In this document: positions 50,137 through 60,891 of the stretch, piece by piece
How the letters are laid out: each line of letters starts with the position of its first letter
Position numbering within the stretch: position 1 is the stretch's first letter
From: Candidatus Eiseniibacteriota bacterium
Lineage (GTDB): Bacteria > Eisenbacteria > RBG-16-71-46 > CAIMUX01 > VGJL01
Assembly: GCA_963792585.1 (NCBI GenBank)
Contig: CAWBWI010000003.1
Location: forward strand, 1-64,000
Direction: 5' to 3'
DNA length: 64,000 nucleotides
The notes under the pieces: model-generated
Seen by the model: the letters and a program-made list of their open reading frames with translations, nothing else
What the model was told of the DNA's origin: nothing
Database searches by the model: none
Made by a program: the position numbers and the translations under genes

Positions 50137-50462
50137 CGGCCAGCTGACCGGCGGTGGCGGGGCGGGCGGTTGACGCCCGGGGTCGAACGGACCGACGAGC
50201 GGGCCGTGGGCGGGCGTCGTTCGTCAGGCTTGACGGCGGTGACTCAGCGGACCGATACGGGCCCTCGGACTGATCCGCCTGACCGTCCGCTGGTCGGCTG
50301 AGACGCCCCGGGTCAGATCGGCCACCAGTGGCCCACCGGCACCGAGCGCCCGGCGTTGCGCGGTGGCACAGGCGGCGGGAACAACGGTTCGTCGCACGCC
50401 GTCTCCGCGCTGGACGCCGCTCCACGCCGCGGCCACCAAGCGCAGATCGAAGGGAATCACCC

Positions 50463-51191
50463 ATGTCGCAGTCCATCCGCACCGCCGGCGCCCTGGCGCT
50501 GGGGGCCTTGTTCGTTGCCGTCGCGGCGCTCGCCATCCGGCCCGGGCCAACGGCTGGCGCACCGGCGACCGACGAGTCGGCCATCCACACCATCACGGTC
50601 TCCGCGACCGGAGCCGTGACCCTTGTGCCGGACGTCGCCCGCGTCGGACTGGGCGTCACCGTGACCAAGCCCACGGTGAAGGCGGCGCGCGACGCCGCTG
50701 GCACGGCCATGAACGCGATCATCGCGAGCCTCAAGGCGCTCGGCATCGACGACAAGGACATCAAGACGACGTCGATCGACCTGAGTCCCCAGTACAGCAA
50801 CGCATCACCCGCCAAGATCGTCGGCTACCGCATGAGCCAACAGCTCCAGGTCACCGTGCGCGACCTCGACAAGGCCGGCGACGTGGTCGACACCGCGACC
50901 GCCAAGGGCGCGACCGACGTCAACGGCCTGTGGTTCGAGGTCGCCGACCCCGCGAAGGCCATGGACGAGGCGCGGGCCGACGCGATCGCGAAGGCGCGCA
51001 CGAGCGCCGGGGCGATGGCCTCGGCGGCCGGCGTGACGCTGAAGGGCGTGGTCTCGATCTCCGAGTCGTCGGCCTACTATCCCGGCCCGTACTACGGGGT
51101 CGCCGGGGCGCGCGACGAGGCGGCCACGCCGGTCCAGCCGGGCACCCAGGACGTCCAGGCGACGGTCACGGTCGTCTTCGAGATCGGCTGA
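50463..51191 (+). CDS. SIMPL (DUF541) secreted protein
   Basis: TITVSATGAVTLVPDVA, LGIDDKDIKT, PGTQDVQATVTVVF. Confidence 0.92.
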   Translation: MSQSIRTAGALALGALFVAVAALAIRPGPTAGAPATDESAIHTITVSATGAVTLVPDVARVGLGVTVTKPTVKAARDAAGTAMNAIIASLKALGIDDKDIKTTSIDLSPQYSNASPAKIVGYRMSQQLQVTVRDLDKAGDVVDTATAKGATDVNGLWFEVADPAKAMDEARADAIAKARTSAGAMASAAGVTLKGVVSISESSAYYPGPYYGVAGARDEAATPVQPGTQDVQATVTVVFEIG

Positions 51192-51207
51192 CCCGAAAGA
51201 CGGCGGA

Positions 51208-51700
51208 TCAGGCGCGTGCGGCGCCCGCGGCACCCCAGCGGCGAACCTCCGCGTCGAGGTCCAGCGGCATGACCACGCCCTTGTCGGCGTACTCGCCCCA
51301 GGCCTCGCGCGGCACGCGCCACATGATCTCGAACTCGTTGCCGTCGGGATCGGCGCCGTAGAGCGACTTGCTGACGCCGTGATCCGACGCACCACCCAGG
51401 GCGCCGGCCGCCGAGAGGATGCGCGACGCCTCGGCAAGGTCGTCGATGGTCGGGACCTCCCACGCCAGGTGGTACAGGCCGACGGAGCCGCGCGGCGGCC
51501 GCGGGGCGGCCTCCCCCACCGAGAACAGCCCGAGGTCGTGGTGGTTCTCGCCGGCGGCCGACCGCATGAAGACGGCCCGGCCGCCGAACGCGGCCTCGAC
51601 GACCTCGAACCCGAAGACCCGGGCGTAGAAGTCGGCGGCGCGCGGTGGCGTCGCGGACATACAGGACGGCGTGGTTGAGGCGCGCGACGGGGATGCTCAT
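51208..51700 (-). CDS. VOC/glyoxalase-family protein (frameshift near 51640)
   Basis: RLNHAVLYVRD, NHHDLGLF, GLYHLAWEV, DHGVSKSLYGADPDGNEFE. Confidence 0.9.
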
Positions 51701-52356
51701 GCGCGGCGACCTCCTGCGGGGCGGGGCGCGACCGACGAGCTTCCAGCCGGACTGCCACGTGCCACCGTTGTTGATATTGAGGGCCATGTTGAGGAAGGCG
51801 AGGCCCTCCAGCTGGCGGGCGCGGACGAGCGGGCCGACGTCGACGGGCTCGAGGCCGATCGACGCTGACCAGGTCCAGAACCTGCGCCTTCGCCGAGACG
51901 TCGTCGCCGGCCACGAACGCCGTCGAGCGTCTCGCCGTCGAGGATCGGGTCGACCTGGCGGCAGGCAAACAGGGTGTTGAAGGCCTTGACCACGTGGGAC
52001 GCTGGGAAGAGCGCGGCGACCGTCCTCGGCGTTCGAGGTGGTCGTATCGATCTCCGGGCCGTTCGGCGCCGAACGTGATCCGGTTGGTCACATCGACGAT
52101 GGTCTTGCCGGCCACGGTGTCCGCGATCTCGGCGGCGATGGCGGCCGACGCTGTCGATCCAGACGGCGAGCACGATGACGTCGCCGGCCTGCGCAGCGTC
52201 GACGTTGGACGCGGCGATGCGCGCGCCCGATGCCGCAGATGCGGCGGCGGCATCCTCCGCGTCCCGCGACGCGATGACGACGTCGTGGCCGGCTCGAGCG
52301 AACGCGGTGGCCAGTGCCGTGCCGACGTTGCCGGCCCCGATGATCGCGACGTTCAT
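51697..52356 (-). CDS. F420-dependent NADP oxidoreductase (Fno)-like / dinucleotide-binding enzyme; frameshifted
   Basis: IIGAGNVG, ASRD, GKTIVDVTN, VVKAFNT, VAGDD, LEGL across frames. Confidence 0.8.
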   Translation of the reverse strand: MNVAIIGAGNVGTALATAFARAGHDVVIASRDAEDAAAASAASGARIAASNVDAAQAGDVIVLAVWIDSVGRHRRRDRGHRGRQDHRRCDQPDHVRRRTARRSIRPPRTPRTVAALFPASHVVKAFNTLFACRQVDPILDGETLDGVRGRRRRLGEGAGSGPGQRRSASSPSTSARSSAPASWRASPSSTWPSISTTVARGSPAGSSSVAPRPAGGRRA

Positions 52357-52424
52357 GAAGTCCTGTCCTCCTGGGTCGTTGGTCGGTGTCGACCGTTGCG
52401 ACCGGGTCATTCGTTGATGTCACA

Positions 52425-52452
52425 ACCATATCCGCATGTATGCTGTTGTCAA
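52425..52452 (-). promoter_or_regulatory. Sigma70-type promoter TTGACA-N16-TATGGT for the Fno-like/VOC operon
   Basis: AT-rich intergenic region; consensus -35 on the minus strand at 52447-52452. Confidence 0.55.
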
Positions 52453-52475
52453 TATCGATTTGTGGAGAGCAAACC

Positions 52476-53061
52476 ATGGCACCAGAGACAGCCGCGCCGT
52501 ATGGCGACCGCGAGCACGCGCGACGGGCACTTCCGGTCGGCCGGCAGATCAGGCGCTGGCGGACCGGAACGCGGCCTCGACGCTCGCCGGCGTCGCCGAG
52601 CGAAGCGGCCTCAACGTCGGCTACCTGTCGCAGATCGAGAACGACAAGGCCTCGCCCTCGCTGGCCTGCCTCGCCGAGCATCGGCGCGGCACTGGACGTC
52701 CCGCCGGCCTGGTTCCTCATGGATGACGTCCCGGCTCCGACCGTCGTCCGCGCGAGCGAGCGGCCGGTCACCCTGACCGAGTCCGGCCGCGTCGAGCATG
52801 TCGACGGCAAGGCCTCGCGCGACATCTCCATCCTCGAGGTGACCGCCCGACCCGGTGCGTCCGTGGGCCTGCACGCCCACCCGGGCGACGAGCATCACCT
52901 CGTCCTGCGCGGTCGATTCCGCGCGACCCAGGGTCGACACGAGCGTGGAGCTCGGGCCAGGCGACTACCTGCGCTGGGACGGCGCCATGCCCCATGACGG
53001 CGAGGTCATCGGCGACGAACCGCTGTCCATGCTCATCATGCGGATCCGCCCGTCGGACTGA
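52476..53061 (+). CDS. XRE-family regulator with C-terminal cupin (frameshifted)
   Basis: TLAGVAERSGLNVGYLSQIENDKASPSL; HAHPGDEHHLVLRG; LGPGDYLRWDGAMPH. Confidence 0.85.
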
Positions 53062-53207
53062 CCCGGAGCGGCGGTCCCGAACCGCAACCTCCGCAGCATC
53101 GCAACCTTCCGCGTGCGTCGCGGTAGACTCACCTTGACCACAAGTGTCCCCCGCGGTCCTCCCCAGGCTGCCGCGGCCCCGTCAACACCTCTCGACAGGT
53201 GGTGCCC

Positions 53208-54377
53208 ATGAAGGTCGGTGTCGCCAAGGAGACTGCGCCCGGAGAGCGGCGCGTCGCCCTGGTACCCGAAGCGCTCGGCAAGCTGCAGGCGGCCGGGTGC
53301 GAGATCCTCGTCGAACCCGGCGCCGGCGCCGGTTCGGCCATCCTCGACAGCGCCTACGCGGAGGCCGGCGCGACCATCGTCCCGACCGACACGCTCTACC
53401 AGCAGTCGGACGTGATCCTCAAGGTCGCCAAGCCATCCCCCGCGGAGGTCGCGACGACTCCGCCAGGGACAGGCCGTCGTCGGATTCCTGCAGCCCCTCA
53501 TCGATCCGCAGCTGGCGCAAGGAGCCTCGCGGCGACGGGCGTCACGGCCATCAGCCTCGACGCCATCCCGCGCACGCTGTGCCGCGCCCAGACGATGGAC
53601 GCGCTGAGCTCGCAGGCGAACGTCGGCGGCTACAAGGCCGTGCTCATCGCGGCCAACGCCTACCCTCGCTACTTCCCGCTGCTGACGACGGCCGCCGGCA
53701 CGGCCAAGCCCGCCAACGTGCTCATCCTGGGCATCGGCGTGGCCGGCCTCCAGGCGATCGGCACGGCCAGGCGCCTCGGCGCCGTCGTCCACGCCTACGA
53801 CGTCCGGCCCGAGACCCGCGAGCAGGCCGAGAGCCTCGGCGCCAAGTTCGTCAAGCTCAAGACCACCATCGATGCGACCGGCGCCGGCGGCTACGCCCGT
53901 GAGCTGACCGCCGAGGAGCGCGCGGCCCAGCAGGCCGAGCTGAACGAGGCCATCGGCGGCATGGACGTGGTCATCACCACCGCCCAGATCCCCGGCCGCA
54001 AGCCGCCGGTCCTCGTGACCGCCGACGCCGTCAGTCGGATGAAGTCCGGCTCGGTGATCGTGGACATGGCCGCCTCCGCCCTCGGCGGCAACTGCGAGCT
54101 GAGTCAGGCCGGCCAGACGGTCGAGACGCCCAACGGCGTGACGATCATCGCGCCGGACAACCTGCCGGCGAGCATGCCGGCCGGCGCATCCCCGTTCTAC
54201 GCCCGCAACATCTCGAACCTCGTGCTCGGGATGATCAAGGACGGCGCCCTCCACCTCGACTTCGAGGATGAGGTGACCAAGGCGACCGTCATCACCCATG
54301 GCGGCGCGGTCGTCTCCGAGGCGGTGAGCAAGCTGCTCGAACCCGCCCCGACGGCGGCTCCCGGAGGCCCGGCATGA
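53208..54377 (+). CDS. pntA: NAD(P) transhydrogenase subunit alpha part 1
   Basis: KETAPGERRVALVP, AQTMDALSSQ, GIGVAGLQA, GAGGYA, TAQIPGRKPP, GGNCE. Confidence 0.95.
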   Translation: MKVGVAKETAPGERRVALVPEALGKLQAAGCEILVEPGAGAGSAILDSAYAEAGATIVPTDTLYQQSDVILKVAKPSPAEVATTPPGTGRRRIPAAPHRSAAGARSLAATGVTAISLDAIPRTLCRAQTMDALSSQANVGGYKAVLIAANAYPRYFPLLTTAAGTAKPANVLILGIGVAGLQAIGTARRLGAVVHAYDVRPETREQAESLGAKFVKLKTTIDATGAGGYARELTAEERAAQQAELNEAIGGMDVVITTAQIPGRKPPVLVTADAVSRMKSGSVIVDMAASALGGNCELSQAGQTVETPNGVTIIAPDNLPASMPAGASPFYARNISNLVLGMIKDGALHLDFEDEVTKATVITHGGAVVSEAVSKLLEPAPTAAPGGPA

Positions 54378-54712
54378 CCCCCGAAGTCACGGCGCTGCTC
54401 AACGCGCTGACCATCTTCACGCTGGCGATCCTCGTCGGCTTCGCGGTCATCAGCAAGGTGCCGGCCACCCTGCACACCCCGTTGATGTCGGGGGCGAACT
54501 CGATCCACGGCATCGTCCTCGTCGGCGCGATGATCATCGCGTCGGAGGCGGAGGACCCGATCAGCATCATCCTGTCGCTGGTCGCCGTCGCGTTCGCGAC
54601 GATGAACGTGGTCGGCGGCTATGTCGTCACCGACCGGATGCTCCAGATGTTCCGCAAGAAGCCCGTCGCGCCCAAACCCGCCGACGTCGCGGTCGACCAG
54701 GGCGAGGCGTAA
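54374..54712 (+). CDS. pntA: NAD(P) transhydrogenase subunit alpha part 2
   Basis: KVPATLHTPLMSGANSIHG, NVVGGYVVTDRMLQMF. Confidence 0.95.
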   Translation: MTPEVTALLNALTIFTLAILVGFAVISKVPATLHTPLMSGANSIHGIVLVGAMIIASEAEDPISIILSLVAVAFATMNVVGGYVVTDRMLQMFRKKPVAPKPADVAVDQGEA

Positions 54713-54715
54713 CCG

Positions 54716-56153
54716 ATGGATACCCTCGGCATCATCGAAGTCCTCGTTCGCATCGCCTGGTTGATGGGCGCGTCCGCGTTCGTCATCGGGCTCATGCGGA
54801 TGAACTCGCCGGCCACCGCCCGCAACGGCAACCTCGTATCCGCCGGCGGCATGATCCTCGCGATCGCCGCGACCGCGATCTGGATCCTGGCCAAGGAACT
54901 GCTCAGCCCGGAGATGGACGGCATCAGCCCGACCACCTGGGCGATCATCGCGATCGGCATCGCCATCGGTGGCGGCCTGGGCCTGTACATGGCCAAGACC
55001 GTGAAGATGACCGCGATGCCCCAGCTGGTGTCGCTGTTCAACGCGGTCGGTGGCGGGGCGGCGGCGCTCATCGCGATCGACGACTACCTGGGCCTCAAGG
55101 CCGCGCCCTCGATCCAGGTCAATGTCGCGACCGTCCTCGACATCATCATCGGCTCGATCACGTTCAGCGGCTCGCTGATCGCGTCGGGCAAGCTGATGGG
55201 CCTCAGGATCACCCCGTCGGCCCCGGTCATGATCCCCGGTGGCCGGATCGTCACCGTCGTCCTCGCCGTCGTGGCGGTGGGCGGCGCCCTGTTCCTGTGG
55301 GCGGGCAACCTCGTCCGTCCCGGTCATGTTCCTCATCCTGGCCGCCGCGCTGATCTTCGGCGTCACGATGACGCTGCCCATCGGCGGGGCGGACATGCCG
55401 GTCGTCATCAGCCTGCTGAACTCGTTCACGGGCACCGCGGTGGCGATGGCGGGCTTCGTCCTCGATAACCCGGTCCTGATCATCGCCGGCGCCCTCGTGG
55501 GTGCGTCGGGCGCGATCCTGACCAAGCTCATGGCCGACGCGATGAACCGCTCGGTCTTGAACATCATGCTCGGTGGCTTTGGCGGCGGTGAGGGGACCCA
55601 GACCGCCGTCGGCGGTCCAGGCGGCACCGTCCGCTCCATCGGCGCGGACGACGTCGCGATCCAGCTTGCCTACGCCCAGAACGTGATCATCGTTCCGGGT
55701 TACGGCCTCGCGGTGGCACAGGCCCAGCACGCCGTGCGCGAGCTGGCCGAGCTCCTCGAGGAGAAAGGCGTGGACGTGAAATACGCCATCCATCCGGTCG
55801 CCGGCCGGATGCCCGGACACATGAACGTCCTGCTCGCCGAGGCGAACGTCCCCTATCCGCAGCTCAAGGAGATGGACGACATCAACCCCGAGTTCGACCG
55901 TTGCGACGTAGCGCTGGTCATCGGCGCCAACGACGTGACGAACCCGGCGGCGCGCCGACCCGGCTCGCCGGTCTCGGGCATGCCGATCCTCGATGTCGAC
56001 CACGCCAAGTCCATCGTCGTCATCAAGCGCTCGATGGGCCGCGGCTACGCCGGCATCGACAACGAGCTCTACACCAACGAGAAGACGGGCATGCTCTTCG
56101 CCGACGCGAAGGACGGCCTGGCAGCACTCACCGCGGCGGTCAAGGCGCTGTAG
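54716..56153 (+). CDS. pntB: NAD(P) transhydrogenase subunit beta (frameshift near 55315)
   Basis: MTAMPQLV, IGGADMPVVISLLNS, VPGYGLAVAQAQH, HPVAGRMPGHMNVLLAEA, GANDVTNPAA. Confidence 0.95.
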
Positions 56154-56190
56154 CGCCGCCCACCGAGAGGTGGGATCTTCGCAGACGCTC

Positions 56191-56217
56191 GAAGCCCCGG
56201 CCACCGGTCGGGGCTTC
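56191..56217 (+). terminator. Putative terminator hairpin after pntB
   Basis: GAAGCCCCGGCC-ACC-GGTCGGGGCTTC. Confidence 0.6.
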
Positions 56218-56494
56218 ATCGTGGAACCTGGCCTCCGCCCGAGCGGGACGCGGCACTCGGCCCACATTCACAGCATGAATGTCGCCGGACCGGCAAGCGT
56301 CGCTGCCGCGACGCGCTCCCGAGCCGCCGGCCGGGGCGTCTCATGCCGAACGGACGATGTCCGAGGGTTCAGATGCGCCACAATGGCGAGGCACCCCAGT
56401 CGAGCTTCGCCGATCTCATCTCGGTCGGCGAGACCGGACGACCCGGTCGTGGCCACGAGCGGCTCCTGGCGCGCATCAGGGGAAGGACCCAGAC

Positions 56495-57139
56495 ATGACC
56501 GACGAGACCACCACGCCTCCGACCGCCGACGACGTCGTCGTCGTGGCCGCCCAGATCTCCGACGAGCAAGGCGTCATCGCCGAAGGCGCGATCGCTGCCG
56601 AGGGTGATCATGCCCTCCTCGTGGCGCGCTTCGCCGACACGACGGCCGCCATCGCGATCTACGACGAGCTGCTGTCCGCCGAGATCGACGGCTCACTCCA
56701 CATCGATGCCGTGCTCGTGGCCAAGGGCGACCAGGACGGCAAGATCCACATCCAGAAGATGACGGACCACAGCACCCGCAAGGGCCTCAAGTGGGGCATC
56801 GTCGGCGGCGTGGTCGCGGCGGTCTTCCTTCCCGCGACCATCATCGGTGGCGCGGTGGCCCTCGGCGCGGCGGGCGCGGCCGCCGGCAAGGCACGCAACC
56901 TCGCCCACCGGGTCGAGGTCGAGAAGGAACTCGCCGGCGTGATCACCCCGGGCACGTCCGGCATCCTGTGCCTCGTCTCGGCCGCGCAGGCCGAGGAAGT
57001 GGCCAAGAAGATGCCGGAGGCCCAGGAAGTCAAGACCGTCCCGGTCGACGAGGAGACCGCGGGCGCGATCAAGGAGGCCGCAGTCGCGGCCGACAAGGCG
57101 GCGCCCGCTGCGACCGCCGAGGAAGCGCCGGCCAGCTGA
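56495..57139 (+). CDS. DUF1269-like membrane protein
   Basis: IDAVLVAKGDQDGKIHI, Gly-rich TM segment, PGTSGI. Confidence 0.8.
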   Translation: MTDETTTPPTADDVVVVAAQISDEQGVIAEGAIAAEGDHALLVARFADTTAAIAIYDELLSAEIDGSLHIDAVLVAKGDQDGKIHIQKMTDHSTRKGLKWGIVGGVVAAVFLPATIIGGAVALGAAGAAAGKARNLAHRVEVEKELAGVITPGTSGILCLVSAAQAEEVAKKMPEAQEVKTVPVDEETAGAIKEAAVAADKAAPAATAEEAPAS

Positions 57140-57168
57140 CCGACGCCATCCGACAGCCGTGGAACATG

Positions 57169-57197
57169 CGAGCCCGGGGCCATCGGCTCCGGGCTCG
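57169..57197. terminator. Hairpin between convergent genes
   Basis: CGAGCCCGGGGC-CATCG-GCTCCGGGCTCG. Confidence 0.5.
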
Positions 57198-57206
57198 AGC
57201 CGTACA

Positions 57207-57845
57207 TCAGTCGGTCCATCTCCAGTCGGCCAGAAGTCGGTCGAAAGCGGCCCGGTCCTCGACCACCTTTCCGGGAGGGTTCATGAGGTTCACGACGAGC
57301 CCGAACCCGTCACGCACCACGTAGAGCGAGAGCAGGTGGAGCCCGCCGCAGTCGAAGTCGACGAGGATCGCGGGCGTTCCGTCAAAAGCGACCGGGGTGC
57401 TCGACTCCGGCGCAGCTGGGCATCCGTGCCAACTTGCCTTCTGCTCCTGTGATGCCACCGCGAAGGCCTCGAGTTCGAGATCGGTCGGGGCGCCGTAGAC
57501 GAAGACCAGGCGACTCCCGGCGAGATATGCGTGATCGGTCAGCGGACCGGTCGAATCGATCCGGCTAGCCGCGTCCCACGCTTCCCTGGCGGCGATCATC
57601 TCACCGGCCGCCTGGTCACCTGGGATGCGGGCCAGGTACCGGTAGTCGGCCGATTCGAAGACGATGTCCGGTGGGACTGAACTCGGGTCGGAGGTTGCGG
57701 GCTCATCGGTCGGCTCGGGCGACGGGGTGACCGCCGTCGTGGGCGCCACGCTCGGCGAGGTGGCCACGGACGACGAGCATGCGGCCGCGCAGAGCAGAAG
57801 GAGGCCCAGCGCCGGCGCGGCAATCGGCTGGCAGGAACGTCTCAT
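57207..57845 (-). CDS. Hypothetical lipoprotein
   Basis: AAAC lipobox, Pro/Thr/Ser linker, globular domain. Confidence 0.7.
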   Translation of the reverse strand: MRRSCQPIAAPALGLLLLCAAACSSSVATSPSVAPTTAVTPSPEPTDEPATSDPSSVPPDIVFESADYRYLARIPGDQAAGEMIAAREAWDAASRIDSTGPLTDHAYLAGSRLVFVYGAPTDLELEAFAVASQEQKASWHGCPAAPESSTPVAFDGTPAILVDFDCGGLHLLSLYVVRDGFGLVVNLMNPPGKVVEDRAAFDRLLADWRWTD

Positions 57846-57868
57846 CGGATGAACCGTCCTCGGGCTAC

Positions 57869-58984
57869 CTACGCCGACGGCACCACCGCGGCAGAGCGCG
57901 GGATCGGGTTGACGTCCGCGATCTCCAGCGGCGCCAGCTCCCGAGTGACTCGGCGACGACGACCGCGTCGTCGCCCGACTCGAGCACGAAGTCGGCCGGC
58001 GGGTTCACGAAGGCGTGGCCGCCGCGGTTGACGGACAGCAGCGTCGCGTGGTGCTCGGTGCGCAGCCGTGCCGGAGACCGCGTCGATGGACAGCCCGATG
58101 TAGTCCTCCGGCAGCGAGATCCGGTACAGCTCCGAGCCCTCGCCACCTGACACGATGTCCGTCACGATCCCGGTCAGGCCCGGATACAGGGCCGAGCGGG
58201 CGAGCAGGTGCGACGCGATCTTCGAGGTCACCAGCAACTCGTCCACGTCCGCCCGTCGGAAGTGCGGCTCGTGGCGCGGGTTGTTGACCTCCGCCACCGT
58301 CCGGACATCCGGCGCGGCGTGCTCGATGGCCATGATCGTGAGGATGGAGCGCATGTCGGCACCGTCCGACGCGTCGTCCGGGAAGATCAGCGCCGCCGAA
58401 GCCTCCTTGATGCCGGCCCGATCCAGGTCCTCCTCGTTGGTCGAGTCGCCGCGCACGAAGTAGACGCCGTCACCGGCCGGGTTCTTGTCCAGCTCGGCGA
58501 TGACCACGACCTTCTGCTTGTAGTCGTCGCCTCGCAATTCGGCGATGAGGTCACGGGCGGTCGAGTTCCAGCCGCACACGACGATGTGGTCCTTGTACCC
58601 GGAAGCACCCAAGCCCGAACCCTCCTTGAGCAGGAAATCGATGACCATCGCGACGAGGGCGCCCGTGATCATGCCGAGCATGGCGACGCCGAACAGGATG
58701 AGCAACCAGCCGATGATGCGCCCGGCCGGCGAGGTGACGAACGCGGAGTCGCCCTGACCCAGGACGGTCGCGATCCCCCAGTTGAACGAGTCGAAGATGG
58801 ACTCGAACGTCCACGGCTTCTCGAAGAACGTGATGAGGATCGCCGCGATCAGCACGAACCCGACGATGCCCTCGGCCAGGGTCAGGAAGAACCGTCGATC
58901 CAGCTGGCCCGCGACGCGGCGCACATGCCACGCCACCCGCCGGATGATCGGGCTGGCCAGGGTCGGGACGGGGATGCGTGGCAT
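57869..58984 (-). CDS. Potassium-channel-family protein with TrkA-N/RCK domain (3' frameshifts)
   Basis: Two TM helices with pore helix (DSFNWGIATVLGQGD, degenerate filter), HIVVCGWN, RGDST, AGIKEA. Confidence 0.85.
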   Translation of the reverse strand: MPRIPVPTLASPIIRRVAWHVRRVAGQLDRRFFLTLAEGIVGFVLIAAILITFFEKPWTFESIFDSFNWGIATVLGQGDSAFVTSPAGRIIGWLLILFGVAMLGMITGALVAMVIDFLLKEGSGLGASGYKDHIVVCGWNSTARDLIAELRGDDYKQKVVVIAELDKNPAGDGVYFVRGDSTNEEDLDRAGIKEASAALIFPDDASDGADMRSILTIMAIEHAAPDVRTVAEVNNPRHEPHFRRADVDELLVTSKIASHLLARSALYPGLTGIVTDIVSGGEGSELYRISLPEDYIGLSIDAVSGTAAHRAPRDAAVRQPRRPRLREPAGRLRARVGRRRGRRRRVTRELAPLEIADVNPIPRSAAVVPSA

Positions 58985-59151
58985 CGCCGCCGATCGTGCC
59001 ACATCGCCGGGCGCCAGCGCCAGCGGCTATCGACGCTCGGGGCAGCATCATCACCATCGGATGATGCGGTCGGGCCTGGTCGTGCGAGCATGCGCACGTC
59101 GAGATCGACATCCCGTGCCTCGTGGTGGGCAACGGACGAGGGAGGACTCCA

Positions 59152-60891
59152 GTGACCGCAGCGAAGGCTCGCAAGCCGAGATCCCGGATTCCGCTGTTCG
59201 AGGGCCTGCTCCCGTTCGACACGACCCGGCTCAGCGTCGACGTGCTCGCCGGGGCAACCCTGGCGGCGCTCGCGATCCCCGAGGTGATGGGCTACACGAA
59301 GATCGCCGGGACACCGGTCATCACCGGTCTCTACACGCTGCTAGTTCCGGTCATCCTGTTCGCCATCCTCGGGTCGTCTCGCCACCTCGTGGTCGGCGCC
59401 GACTCAGCGACGGCCGCCATCCTTGCCACTGGCCTCGTCGCGATGGGCGCCGTGGCGGAGTCCACGACGTACGTCGGCCTGGCGTCGCTCGCCGCGCTGA
59501 TGTGCGCGGTCCTGCTCGTGCTGGCTCGGCTGCTCAAGCTCGGCTTCATCGCGAACTTCCTGTCGCGCAGCGTGCTCATCGGCTTCCTTACCGGCGTCGG
59601 CATCCAGGTGGCGATGGGCCAGGTCGGCGGGATGTTCGGCATCCCGAGCCAGGAGGGCGGCACCGTCCAGAAGTTCGTCGAGACCATTCAACTCATCCCG
59701 ACCGACACGATCATCCCGACCCTCGTGGTCTCCTTGTTCGTCCTGATCACGATCGTCGGCCTGGACCGGGTCAACAAGAAGATCCCGGGCGCGCTGATCG
59801 CGGTCGTCGTTGCCATCGTCGCGAGCTACGCCCTCGACCTCGTCGCCGATGGCGTGACGACCCTGGGCCCCGTGCCGGGCGGCTTGCCCGCGCTCGGCCT
59901 CCCGACCGACGTGATGACCTGGGACAACGTCGTCGCGCTGCTCCCGACCGTCATCTCGCTCGTCGTCGTCATCCTCGCCCAGAGCGCGGCGACTTCCCGG
60001 GCCTACGCCATGAAGTACGCCGACAGCTTTGACGAGAACGTCGACCTCGTCGGTCTGGGTGCCGCCAACCTTGGCGCCGGGATCACCGGTACGTTCGTGG
60101 TCAACGGCAGCCCGACCAAGACGGAGATGGTGGACAGCGCCGGTGGCCGGTCACAGGTCTCGCAACTGACCGCCGCGGCGGTCGTCGTGGCCGTGCTCCT
60201 ATTCCTCACCGGTCCACTGTCCTACATGCCCAACGCCGTCCTGGCGTCCGTCGTCTTCCTCATCGGGATCCGGCTGGTCGACGTCAGGGGCATGAGCGAC
60301 ATCTACCGCTTGCGCAAAGGCGAGTTCGCCGTGGCCGCCGTGACCGCGTTCACGGTCGTGGTCGTGGGCGTGGAGCAGGGGATCATCCTCGCGATGGCCC
60401 TCTCGATCGTCGAGCACATCTATCACAGCTATCGGCCGTACGACACGCTCATCGTCCAGACGCCGGATCACGGTGTCCACACGGCCGACCTTTCCAGCAA
60501 CGGCCAACTGGCGCCCGGTCTGGTCGCCTACCGCTTCGGGTCGGGTCTCTACTACGCGAATGCCACTCGGTTCACCGAGGAGGTCTTGACCGTCGTGGAG
60601 GACGCCGATCCGCCGCTGCGCACGCTCCTGGTCGTCGGCTCGGCGATGTCCGACGTCGACTACTCCGGATCGGACTCGCTCCGGCAGGTCCAGGAGGAGT
60701 TGGGTCGCAAGGGGGTGACCCTCGCCCTCGCCGACCTGAGCCCGGCCGTCCGGGCGCAGCTGGACGCCTACGGGCTCACCGAGAGGATCGGTGCCGGCAA
60801 CATCCATACCTCGGTCACGGAGGCGATCCGAGCACATCAGGGAGGATCCGAGCCGTCGGCTCCAGCGGCTCCTGGACCGTCGTCGACATGA
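59152..60891 (+). CDS. SulP-family anion transporter with STAS domain
   Basis: DVLAG, IPEVMGY, GSSRHLVVGADSA, GFLTGVGI, LYYANA, DVDYSG. Confidence 0.95.
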   Translation: MTAAKARKPRSRIPLFEGLLPFDTTRLSVDVLAGATLAALAIPEVMGYTKIAGTPVITGLYTLLVPVILFAILGSSRHLVVGADSATAAILATGLVAMGAVAESTTYVGLASLAALMCAVLLVLARLLKLGFIANFLSRSVLIGFLTGVGIQVAMGQVGGMFGIPSQEGGTVQKFVETIQLIPTDTIIPTLVVSLFVLITIVGLDRVNKKIPGALIAVVVAIVASYALDLVADGVTTLGPVPGGLPALGLPTDVMTWDNVVALLPTVISLVVVILAQSAATSRAYAMKYADSFDENVDLVGLGAANLGAGITGTFVVNGSPTKTEMVDSAGGRSQVSQLTAAAVVVAVLLFLTGPLSYMPNAVLASVVFLIGIRLVDVRGMSDIYRLRKGEFAVAAVTAFTVVVVGVEQGIILAMALSIVEHIYHSYRPYDTLIVQTPDHGVHTADLSSNGQLAPGLVAYRFGSGLYYANATRFTEEVLTVVEDADPPLRTLLVVGSAMSDVDYSGSDSLRQVQEELGRKGVTLALADLSPAVRAQLDAYGLTERIGAGNIHTSVTEAIRAHQGGSEPSAPAAPGPSST

